From assembly GCA_002400495.2 (NCBI GenBank), contig NVQL02000076.1, positions 8,722 to 72,721 on the forward strand: a DNA stretch of 64,000 nucleotides. The letters run 5' to 3'. The position numbers and the translations under genes were made by a program. The DNA is from Alphaproteobacteria bacterium (GTDB lineage: Bacteria > Pseudomonadota > Alphaproteobacteria > Rhizobiales > OSC116). The notes under the pieces are model-generated. The model saw nothing but the letters and a program-made list of their open reading frames with translations, did not search any database and was not told where the DNA came from. Shown one piece after another: positions 20,765 to 29,361 of the stretch; within the stretch, counting starts at the first letter, position 1; the number at the start of each line of letters is the position of its first letter.

Positions 20765-21774
20765 AGCAAGCAAGTTTGAGTAAAGACAAAATTAAAGCTG
20801 TTGCCATTCGCTATGGATTTTTAACCTTGCTCGCTGGGTTGGTGTTGTTTTTTAGCCTATCTGCGCCCGGTTTTGCGACACCGTTTAGTGCGGTGTTTAT
20901 ATTTCAGTCGGTGGCGATTACGGGTATTTTGGCGTTGGGTGTCACTGCAACTTTGGTGGTTGATGGGTTTGATTTGTCAATTGGTTCTATCGCCACATCT
21001 AGCTTGATGTTGTCGGCCTATATTATGGTGGTGCTAGAGCAGAATGCTGTTGTGGCAGTTATTGCTTGTTTGGCCATGGGGGCCATCGTTGGCTTGGTTA
21101 ATGGTGTTTTAATTGTCTATATGCGAGTGCCCGATTTGCTGGCTACTCTTGGTATGATGTTTTTGCTGATTGGTTTACAGCGCATTCCAACCGAAGGCCG
21201 CTCTATTGCTCAAGGCATGACACTACCTGGTGGCGAAACCGCTACGGGGGTGTTTTCTAAGTCATTTTTGGCATTGGGGCGTCATAAATTTGATTTTTTC
21301 ATAGAAAATTTCATTCCATTTTCAGTCATTATATTCGTGGTGATTGCGGTTTTAATTTGGTTGTATTTTGAATTTACCCGTTATGGGCGGGTTATGTATG
21401 CGATTGGCTCTAACGAGCGTGCCGCTGGCTTAGCTGGTGTGCCCGTGCATAAATATAAAATTATTGCCTATATGATTTCAGGCGTTTTGGCCTCAGTTGG
21501 TGGTATCTTGTTGGCTGCGCGTTTGGGTCGGGGGGACATCGCTTCGGGCAATAACCTATTGCTCGATTCGGTGGCGGCGGCGTTGATTGGTTTTGCGGTG
21601 CTTGGAGCGGCAAAACCTAATGCATTTGGCACTGCCATTGGTGCGTTGTTTGTCGGTATTTTATTGCAAGGTATGACGATGATGAACGCGCCTTATTATA
21701 CGCAAGACTTTGTAAAAGGCGCGGTATTGGTTGTGGCTTTGGTGTTTACTTTTTCACTATCAAATCGACGGTAA
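20761..21774 (+). CDS. Sugar ABC transporter permease (RbsC-like)
   Basis: GFDLSIGS, LATLG and YAIGSNERAA motifs. Confidence 0.92.
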   Translation: MKQASLSKDKIKAVAIRYGFLTLLAGLVLFFSLSAPGFATPFSAVFIFQSVAITGILALGVTATLVVDGFDLSIGSIATSSLMLSAYIMVVLEQNAVVAVIACLAMGAIVGLVNGVLIVYMRVPDLLATLGMMFLLIGLQRIPTEGRSIAQGMTLPGGETATGVFSKSFLALGRHKFDFFIENFIPFSVIIFVVIAVLIWLYFEFTRYGRVMYAIGSNERAAGLAGVPVHKYKIIAYMISGVLASVGGILLAARLGRGDIASGNNLLLDSVAAALIGFAVLGAAKPNAFGTAIGALFVGILLQGMTMMNAPYYTQDFVKGAVLVVALVFTFSLSNRR

Positions 21775-21845
21775 TTCAATTCAAAATAATATTAAACCTG
21801 ACCAATTTGATATTTTAAATAAGGTCATTATTAAGGGAGAATAAA

Positions 21846-22898
21846 ATGAAAATAACCAGACGTATATTCACTTCGATGGTAGCAGGCGTGGTGTTAGCCG
21901 CAACTGGGATCATTGGAAGTGTGTCTGCAGCGGATATGCCTGCGCCATTTGACAAGCCAAGCGAAGTGAAAATTGCTTTGGTGCGTTATCTTTCGACGGG
22001 TGATTTTTTCCAAGCTTATTTGGCGGGTGTTGAATCACAAGCCAAAATATTGGGTGTTGATTTGCGTATTTTGGATAGCCGTCAGGACGCGGCTTTGCAA
22101 GCTGATATGGTTGACCAAGCGATTGCCTTGGGTGTCGATGGCATTATTGTGCAACATGGTTTAACAGAATCTATGCAAGAAGCTGTGAAACGGGCGATTG
22201 CCGCTGGCATTAAAGTGGTGGCATTTGATGTGGACGTCGAAAACCCAGATGTGCCACAAATTGAACAGTCTGACTTTATGTTGGCTAAAATGGCGCTAGA
22301 TCAAGCCATTATTGACAATGGCACAACATTTAATGCTGGCTATGTTTATGTTCCGGGCATTGCGCCGCTTGACCGTCGTGATGTGGCGTGGAAAGAAGTT
22401 AAAGACGCCAATCCAGGCATTAAACAACTTGCAGAATTTGGTACGTTGGACAACCCCATCGCCAACTCTGTTGCCAACCAAGCGCGTTCTGTTTTGGCGG
22501 CTAACCCAACCATTACGGTTATGTTTGCACCTTATGACGAATTTGCCAAAGGCGTAAAGATTGCGGTTGATGAAGCGGGTATGACCAGCCAAGTTAAGAT
22601 TTATTCGGCTGATGTTTCGACTTCTGATATTTCTGCAATGCGTGAAGAAGGAAGTGCATGGGCTGCGACGGCTGCGACAAACCCAGCAGTTGTTGGTGAG
22701 GTTTCGGTTCGGGTGTTGGCAATGTTGCTTGCGGGCGAAGATCCTGGTCACAATGTTGTGGTTCCCCCAACTTTGATCACGCAAACAATGCTGAATGATG
22801 GTGACATTAAAAACATGAAAGAGCTATCTGCAAAGATACCTGCATTTGCGCATGCAGATGTGGCTGTTCCAGCATGGATGCCGCTACCTAAACGCTAA
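21846..22898 (+). CDS. Sugar ABC substrate-binding protein
   Basis: Signal peptide, Peripla_BP-type pattern (GIKVVAFD), GGGAG RBS. Confidence 0.9.
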   Translation: MKITRRIFTSMVAGVVLAATGIIGSVSAADMPAPFDKPSEVKIALVRYLSTGDFFQAYLAGVESQAKILGVDLRILDSRQDAALQADMVDQAIALGVDGIIVQHGLTESMQEAVKRAIAAGIKVVAFDVDVENPDVPQIEQSDFMLAKMALDQAIIDNGTTFNAGYVYVPGIAPLDRRDVAWKEVKDANPGIKQLAEFGTLDNPIANSVANQARSVLAANPTITVMFAPYDEFAKGVKIAVDEAGMTSQVKIYSADVSTSDISAMREEGSAWAATAATNPAVVGEVSVRVLAMLLAGEDPGHNVVVPPTLITQTMLNDGDIKNMKELSAKIPAFAHADVAVPAWMPLPKR

Positions 22899-22920
22899 AA
22901 TGTAGTAGATATGAATGATG

Positions 22921-22952
22921 GGTCGACAAATTAATTTTGTCGGCCTTTTTTT
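22921..22952 (+). terminator. Rho-independent terminator
   Basis: GGTCGACAAA-TTAAT-TTTGTCGGCC stem followed by T7. Confidence 0.8.
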
Positions 22953-23037
22953 ATGATTGGTTCAAATTATACAAATGAAAATACTACTTGACATTTGTTG
23001 AATATTCGGCAATTTTAGTTTAAATGAACTGAGGTAT

Positions 23038-23970
23038 ATGATGAAAAATTCAAGAACGACTGAGCAGGTGGCTTTGGGCATTCGGCGTCGAGTGTTTGAA
23101 CATACGATACTTAATAATGGTGGCTATTTAAGCCAAGCTTGTTCATCTGCCGAAATGTTGGCATGGTTGTATAATGAAGCGCTTACTATTGGCGATCCGA
23201 CCTTGCCGATGATACCACGTGATTTTTCAGGCGTGCCTTCGGTTAATAATCCTGACTATGTATCTGGCGCAGGATATAATGGCCCTGCAACGCCAGAATA
23301 TGACCGCTTATTCATTGCGCCCGCGCATTATGCCTTGGTGGCTTATGCCACCTTAATTGAAGTGGGGCGAATGGCACCTGAAGGGCTTGAGATGTTTAAT
23401 AAAGATGGCTCATCGGTCGAAATGATTGGGGCTGACCATTCTCCGGGTATGGAGGTTCATAACGGCACGCTCGGCATTGGCCTTTCGACTGCATCTGGCC
23501 TTGCCTATGGCCGCAGAAAACGCGGCGATAAAGGCGAAGTTTGTGTGTTTATGTCTGACGGTGAAGTGCAAGAGGGGCAAACATGGGAAGCGGTTCAAGC
23601 TTGCGCTCATCACGGTATTGATAATGTTTGGGCGATCATGGATGTGAATAATCAGCAATGCGATGGCGCGATGTCGAGTGTAATGGAAGTGCGCGATATT
23701 GCCACAAAATTCAGAGCTTTTGGCGCGGTTGCGGTGGAAATTGACGCCCATGATTTGGACGCTATGCGCCAAGCCAAAGCGGAGCCACATGAGGGGAAAC
23801 CGCTTATTATTTTGGCGCATTCATCGCCGATGAAAGGCATGAAGAAATTGGAAGAAAGATTCCCACGCCTGCATTATGTGCGTTTTAAAAGCCCAGAAGA
23901 ACGTGCTGAATATAATATATCAATCGCCGCGGAGCTTGGTGTTGACCCCGTTGTATATGAAACACATTAA
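23038..23970 (+). CDS. Transketolase-like ThDP enzyme, N-terminal (PP) subunit, divergent
   Basis: GTLGIGLS and the SDGEVQEGQTWEA...DVNN ThDP-binding motif. Confidence 0.88.
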   Translation: MMKNSRTTEQVALGIRRRVFEHTILNNGGYLSQACSSAEMLAWLYNEALTIGDPTLPMIPRDFSGVPSVNNPDYVSGAGYNGPATPEYDRLFIAPAHYALVAYATLIEVGRMAPEGLEMFNKDGSSVEMIGADHSPGMEVHNGTLGIGLSTASGLAYGRRKRGDKGEVCVFMSDGEVQEGQTWEAVQACAHHGIDNVWAIMDVNNQQCDGAMSSVMEVRDIATKFRAFGAVAVEIDAHDLDAMRQAKAEPHEGKPLIILAHSSPMKGMKKLEERFPRLHYVRFKSPEERAEYNISIAAELGVDPVVYETH

Positions 23971-23999
23971 GAATATGACATACATTAAAGGTAGCAAAC

Positions 24000-25004
24000 A
24001 TGGTTGAAATGGTAACACGCCCGTATGCGGGTGCTTTTGAAAAATACGCTTTGGCAAACCCCGATGTAATTTGTGTATCGGCCGATTTAACATCATCTTG
24101 CGAAATTGATGGTTTTAGAGACCGTCACCCTGAGCAATTTTTATCGATGGGCATGGCTGAACAAAATATGATGAGTTTTGTCGGCGGTTTGAACATGGCG
24201 GGATACAGGCCGTTTGTTCATACATTTGGAGTGTTTACCTATAGACGACCCTATGACCAGCTTATGGCATCCATTGCCTATGGGCGCAGGAAAGTGCGCA
24301 TTATGGGTTTTTTGCCGGGCATCACAACACCGGGCGGTATGACGCATCAGGCGATTGAGGATATTTCGGTCATGCGTGCCATGCCCAATATGACCATATT
24401 AGAAACTGGTGATGCCACCGAAGTTGAGTCTATTTGCGCAGCAGCAGATAGCATTGATGGCCCCGTTTATTGCCGTGTTTTGCGCGGCAATGTGCCTCGA
24501 TTATTTGACACGCCGATAAAAGTCGGCGAAATGCGTGAGTTAAGCTCAGGCAGCGATATATTAGTGGTCACTGCGGGCATCACAACCGAAGAGGCGATGC
24601 GCGCGCGCGCGGCATTACAAGATGCGGGTGTGTCTATACGTCATTTGCATTTAAACACGTTAAAGCCATTCGATTCTGAAACTTTGTTGGATCACTTGCA
24701 GTCGGTAAAATACGGGGTGATCACGCTTGAAAACCATGTCGTTACGGGCGGGATTGGTTCGATAGTTGCGGAAACGATTGCAGATGCGGGTATCGCCAAA
24801 CGGCTTATTCGTTTAGGTTTGCAAGATACTTATGCGCATGGTGGCTCGCGTGCTTATTTAATGCGTTATTATGGCCTAGATGCATTGGCCTTAATACATG
24901 CAATTGATGATATGTTGGGCAACTCGACAGGCATAGGTGAAGAAGATTTGAATGCAGCACGTGTAGACGCTGTGCATTCTCTGGCTAAAGCTGAAGGGTT
25001 ATAA
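24000..25004 (+). CDS. Transketolase-like ThDP enzyme, C-terminal (Pyr/C) subunit
   Basis: SADL, GMAEQNM, RRPYDQ, THQAIED and ENH...GGIGS motifs. Confidence 0.9.
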   Translation: MVEMVTRPYAGAFEKYALANPDVICVSADLTSSCEIDGFRDRHPEQFLSMGMAEQNMMSFVGGLNMAGYRPFVHTFGVFTYRRPYDQLMASIAYGRRKVRIMGFLPGITTPGGMTHQAIEDISVMRAMPNMTILETGDATEVESICAAADSIDGPVYCRVLRGNVPRLFDTPIKVGEMRELSSGSDILVVTAGITTEEAMRARAALQDAGVSIRHLHLNTLKPFDSETLLDHLQSVKYGVITLENHVVTGGIGSIVAETIADAGIAKRLIRLGLQDTYAHGGSRAYLMRYYGLDALALIHAIDDMLGNSTGIGEEDLNAARVDAVHSLAKAEGL

Positions 25005-25006
25005 TC

Positions 25007-26122
25007 ATGTCGCGGTTTAATGTGACCTATAAAATATTTGCGGATAATGATAAACATGCTTTGAGCCGTGCCGAAAATATAGCCTTGGAACAAACTGTAG
25101 AAATACCGCGTGACATCGTGCCAAAAGGTTATATTGAAGACAATATATTGGGCAAACTAGAGGATATAACGCGTGCCGATAACCAGAGTTTTAACGCTCA
25201 AATTAGCTACAGCCCTGACAGCGTAGGCAGCGAATTGCCGCAATTGCTAAATGTGATATTTGGCAATAGCGGCATCCAAAAAGGCTTGAAAGTTATCGAT
25301 CTCGAATTGGGTGATGTTTTATCCCAGCGCTTTACAGGTGCAAAATTTGGTATTGATGGCGTGCGTAAAAAAATTGGCCGTTCAAGCGGCGCATTAATTG
25401 CTGCGGTGATTAAGCCACAAGGGTCGAGTGTTGATGAGTTGGCGTTGATTGCCTATCGCTGTGCGTTGGCTGGTGCGGATATCATTAAAGACGACCATGG
25501 GTTAACCAATCAACATATGGCGCCATTTAAAGAGCGGGTTGAGAAGATTTGTGAAGCGGTGGCAAAAGCCAATTTAGAAACGGGACTCAATTGTTTGTAT
25601 TTCCCGAATATTGCAGGCCATAGCGCGGATTTAGAACGATATGCTGAATTTGCTAAGAATTCGGGCGGTGGTGGCGTGTTGGTTATGCCTGGATTATTTG
25701 GGTTTGATGCGGCTTTGCGTTTGGCAAGGGATGATGATTTTAATTTACCGATTATGACGCATCCGAGCTTTTTAGGGCCGTATATTTTGTCTGAAGACAC
25801 AGGTTTTAGCCATGCGATGATGTTTGGTAAAATACAACGTCTATGCGGTGCTGATATTTCGGTGTTTCCAAATGTTGGCGGTCGGTTTGGTTTTTCTGAG
25901 TTGGAATGCCGATCTATTGCCATTGCTTGCAAATCAGATGATGGCATTGGCAAACCAATCATGCCTAGCCCTGGGGGCGGGATGACCAAGGAACGTGCGG
26001 CAGATTTAAAAACCATGTATGGAGACGATGTGGTTCTTTTGCTGGGTGGTTCGTTGCTGCGTTATGGCGATAAAATTGGTGACGGAATTAAAGAAATGCG
26101 CACGGCGCTTGATGCTGTTTGA
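25007..26122 (+). CDS. RuBisCO-like protein (form IV RLP)
   Basis: IALEQTVE, IKPQG, GADIIKDDHGL, THPS and PSPGGG motifs; 371 aa; lacks canonical KPK and KDDE. Confidence 0.92.
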   Translation: MSRFNVTYKIFADNDKHALSRAENIALEQTVEIPRDIVPKGYIEDNILGKLEDITRADNQSFNAQISYSPDSVGSELPQLLNVIFGNSGIQKGLKVIDLELGDVLSQRFTGAKFGIDGVRKKIGRSSGALIAAVIKPQGSSVDELALIAYRCALAGADIIKDDHGLTNQHMAPFKERVEKICEAVAKANLETGLNCLYFPNIAGHSADLERYAEFAKNSGGGGVLVMPGLFGFDAALRLARDDDFNLPIMTHPSFLGPYILSEDTGFSHAMMFGKIQRLCGADISVFPNVGGRFGFSELECRSIAIACKSDDGIGKPIMPSPGGGMTKERAADLKTMYGDDVVLLLGGSLLRYGDKIGDGIKEMRTALDAV

Positions 26123-26145
26123 GTGTTTAGCAATCAATATGTGTG

Positions 26146-26700
26146 TTAGCAATTCTTGTAAGCTTGGCTTATCCATCCACTTAGCTGCTCATCAACTTCG
26201 TTGATAGAGGTGATGTTAATTCTGTGACTGCACATGTCTTTGACAACCTTGACCCTTGAGTGATTGGTAGAGGCTGGTAAATTAATACCTATTTGAATTC
26301 GTTTTGCTGAAGGCGCTTGGATCAAGGCAAACATTTTGTTTCTGCGAAAGGCAACACCAGTTTTTTGGATGACTTTGGTTATATCATCCCCCATTGCCTC
26401 GCAAATTGCTGCGATCTCATTATATATTGGTAAAAGATGGGCTTTAGAACCTGAATATTGAGTGTTGAAGAGGTTGTCTTTGGATTCGGGACCACCTGCG
26501 CTATATTCGCGAATTCTTGTTGCTAGCAAATTGGCATTTCCATGCCCAAGGCCGTAAGCCGACTTTAAATATTTTAATATTTCCATATGTTTATTCAAAG
26601 AGACAATTTTTGGTTCGGTTGCATGTTGCGCAACTGATTTACCTGTTTGGGTTAAAATATTTGATAACTGCGTTGCGGCAATTTGTTGGTTTTTGTCCAT
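26146..26700 (-). CDS. DUF4287/DUF5655-type protein
   Basis: TGKS...HMEILKYLKSAYGLGHGNAN N-terminal part; CSHRINITSINEVDEQLSGWISQAY C-terminal part. Confidence 0.75.
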   Translation of the reverse strand: MDKNQQIAATQLSNILTQTGKSVAQHATEPKIVSLNKHMEILKYLKSAYGLGHGNANLLATRIREYSAGGPESKDNLFNTQYSGSKAHLLPIYNEIAAICEAMGDDITKVIQKTGVAFRRNKMFALIQAPSAKRIQIGINLPASTNHSRVKVVKDMCSHRINITSINEVDEQLSGWISQAYKNC

Positions 26701-26856
26701 TGTTATTGGTTCCTGAGTGATTGGTTGTTTAAACAGTAATAAATGGGTCGCGCGAATAATTTACAGCTCTGCTTAATTCATATTCCATAAGCATCTGCGT
26801 TGTGTTGAATTTAGATTATCGGAAAATATAAATATGGTATTGTATGAATTTAACAG

Positions 26857-27708
26857 TCAAATTTCTGGTACAAAGCCTGCCGCGCCACTTGCGGTGTTTG
26901 CATTATAGAAAGCTTTTTGTGCCGCTACATATTGAGTGGGCGTATGCCCTGTATGGCGTTTAAAACTTCTAATAAAATGGGCTTGGTCAAACCATCCATT
27001 GTCATTTGAAATGGCTGTCCAATCAATCTCTTTGGAAACATCAAGGCGGTTGAGCACATTTCGCATGCGAAGTAAATTTGACAAGCTTCTTGGGCTTAGC
27101 CCTACCACACGCGTAAATGTACGCACTAACGAGCTGTTCTCCACTCCCATTTTCTGGGCAATATCGGCTATTGGGGTTTTTGGATTGGCTTCTAATATAG
27201 AAACAACGTCGCTACAAAGCTGTTCTCCTACAACTTTCTTGCCAATGTTTTGGCAGAGAAATTGCTCAATTAATCGTGTTTTTTCTTGACCATTATTTAA
27301 TGAGAGTAGCTGCTTCCTCAGGTCCTTAGCGGGTTGCCAAAAATCTAATAATTTTACAATTTTTCCTCTTAATGATGCGGGGGGAATGCCAAATAAACGT
27401 TCCGCACCAATGGCGGTGGCGACGATGCCAACGGCATGGGTTTCGCCAAGGGGTCGGTTGGTTATTGGGGCGTTATGTGGGCCGATAAGCAGGCCTGTTG
27501 AGCTCTGAACTGGTGACTCTAAATGTAATAATGGTGTCTGTTCAATTGCATCACCTAAGATAAATATGGCAACCACCGACCCTGTCGGGGCAATTTTTTC
27601 TTGTTTGTATGGCACGGTGCCTTTGGCAAACCAGATAGATTCAACATAAAGTTTTAAAGTTTCGCTTGGTTTTAATGAATAAAAATCAAATTGAAAATCG
27701 GCTGTCAT
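26857..27708 (-). CDS. AraC-family transcriptional regulator
   Basis: C-terminal GWFDQAHFIRSFKRHTGHTP; VGLSP. Confidence 0.9.
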   Translation of the reverse strand: MTADFQFDFYSLKPSETLKLYVESIWFAKGTVPYKQEKIAPTGSVVAIFILGDAIEQTPLLHLESPVQSSTGLLIGPHNAPITNRPLGETHAVGIVATAIGAERLFGIPPASLRGKIVKLLDFWQPAKDLRKQLLSLNNGQEKTRLIEQFLCQNIGKKVVGEQLCSDVVSILEANPKTPIADIAQKMGVENSSLVRTFTRVVGLSPRSLSNLLRMRNVLNRLDVSKEIDWTAISNDNGWFDQAHFIRSFKRHTGHTPTQYVAAQKAFYNANTASGAAGFVPEI

Positions 27709-27749
27709 ATATTATCCTTTCCATCAATCTTATGTCACATATTCGCTAA

Positions 27750-27778
27750 AAACACGCATTTTTAGTGAATGCGTGTTT
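27750..27778. other. Inverted repeat upstream of the AraC gene
   Basis: AAACACGCATT-N7-AATGCGTGTTT perfect 11-bp arms; function unclear. Confidence 0.4.
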
Positions 27779-28070
27779 CTTAAGGAGTTGACTAAATGAG
27801 AAGCCCATGAGTATTTGATGACGTTCTATACAGAAAAATTATTAGCGATGAATGTTATGAAACCATCAAAGCGGGAGGCGTTGTTACGCGCAGATTAGAG
27901 CTGATTATTTTCATAAAATATAAAATTTGTAATTATAATAAGTAAAGGAAATGACTTTTTGTTCACTATTAACTATGATAAAAGGTAAGAAATTTTAATC
28001 ACTACTAAAAAATTATTTTAGTCCTTGCAATATAATGCCCTAGCAAGTCGTATTACTTAGAGTGTAAACA

Positions 28071-29192
28071 ATGATGGAAATGAGTCATTCTCCGCTATTA
28101 ATTATTGCTTCTTTTGCGCTTGCAATTCTAGGCTCGTTTACAACATTACGTTTAACATCCAACCTTCGAAATTTTGATATAGCAGCTCGTAAAATACGGG
28201 TTGTGCAGGCTGCCTTTGTATTGGGGGTTAGCATATGGTCAATGCATTTTACTGCCATGTTGGCGGTTAAACTTCCTGTTGTTATTAGTTATGATCCAGT
28301 GCTTACATTGTTGTCGGCATTGATGGCGATTTTAGCCATTGAAGTGGTTTTTTTGTTTTTGCATTTTGGCAAGCGCACAAAATCTAAAGTTTTTATTGCG
28401 GGTATCATCACGGGTGCTGGCATTCTTGGTATGCATTATTTGGGCATGAATGCCATTTCTGCGAATGTGGTGATTGTTTATGATCCACTGGGTGTGGTGA
28501 TCACCATTATTGTGGGTGTTTTGTCTTCTATTTTGGCGATGAAGATTGCCTATGGTGGCGAAAGGTCGTTTTCAAATACCGTTTTAGGGGCGATTATTTT
28601 GGGTTTATCAATGTCTGCTATTCATCACACTGCTATGCATTTTACCATGATGAGTAAAAATGATGCGGTGGCAGATTTAGCGCTTTCACTGTTAAATGGC
28701 GAACAATTGGCTTTACTGGTGGCTATCTCGTCATTCACTTTATCTTGTTTGTTTTTACTTTTAGTGGTTCCTGCCGAAAAGCAGGTATTTGGTGCTGGCA
28801 CGAGTGAAGAGGTGGAAGCCCCTGTTGATATGCCGACAGCTGATGAGCCGCCTGTACAAGAAATTCAAATTCCTTATGAGCAAGAAAATTTACAGAGATA
28901 CCTTCCTATGGGTGAGGTTTATTTCATTCGCGCTAGTGGGCATTACACATATATTGATGATGGCACGAAAGAGCTTTTCTGCCCGTGGTCAATCTCGCGT
29001 TTTAAAGATTGTTTAGACCCCTTGTCATTCATTCGCATTCACCGCAGTTACATTGTGAATAAGGATTATATCAAAGGCATTAAGCGCCGTGGTGATAAAT
29101 CTTATTGCGTGGTGAATAATGACAATCAAGATGAAATCCCGATCTCTCGTTCGCGCATTCACGAGTTTAAGAAGATGCTGCAAGCGAATTAA
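28071..29192 (+). CDS. coxC: MHYT-LytTR membrane sensor/regulator (CoxC-like)
   Basis: MHFTAM, MHYLGM and IHHTAM MHYT repeats; C-terminal FIRIHRSYIVN and IPISRSR LytTR domain; directly upstream of coxM. Confidence 0.8.
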   Translation: MMEMSHSPLLIIASFALAILGSFTTLRLTSNLRNFDIAARKIRVVQAAFVLGVSIWSMHFTAMLAVKLPVVISYDPVLTLLSALMAILAIEVVFLFLHFGKRTKSKVFIAGIITGAGILGMHYLGMNAISANVVIVYDPLGVVITIIVGVLSSILAMKIAYGGERSFSNTVLGAIILGLSMSAIHHTAMHFTMMSKNDAVADLALSLLNGEQLALLVAISSFTLSCLFLLLVVPAEKQVFGAGTSEEVEAPVDMPTADEPPVQEIQIPYEQENLQRYLPMGEVYFIRASGHYTYIDDGTKELFCPWSISRFKDCLDPLSFIRIHRSYIVNKDYIKGIKRRGDKSYCVVNNDNQDEIPISRSRIHEFKKMLQAN

Positions 29193-29205
29193 TGCGATTC
29201 TTCCC

Positions 29206-29257
29206 CTGCATTTGGCGCAAAATAACTGCATTTCGTTAAAAACGAGCGGCAATCGTT
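29206..29257 (+). promoter_or_regulatory. Imperfect direct repeats, candidate LytTR binding site for the cox operon
   Basis: CTGCATTTGGCG, CTGCATTTCGTT and GCGGCAATCGTT at 20-bp period. Confidence 0.4.
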
Positions 29258-29361
29258 GCTCTGTGCTTCCTTTTTAGAATGGTTCAAAGGTCTACTCATA
29301 TTAGAGACTTTATAAACTCTAAAAAATTATAATTACGTAGATAATTATTGGGGAGGGACAT

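Noticed and set aside
25007-26122. RuBisCO implying CO2 fixation coupled to the nearby CODH
   Set aside because: It lacks the KPK and KDDE catalytic residues, is short, and has no cbbS or prk nearby; it is a form IV RLP.
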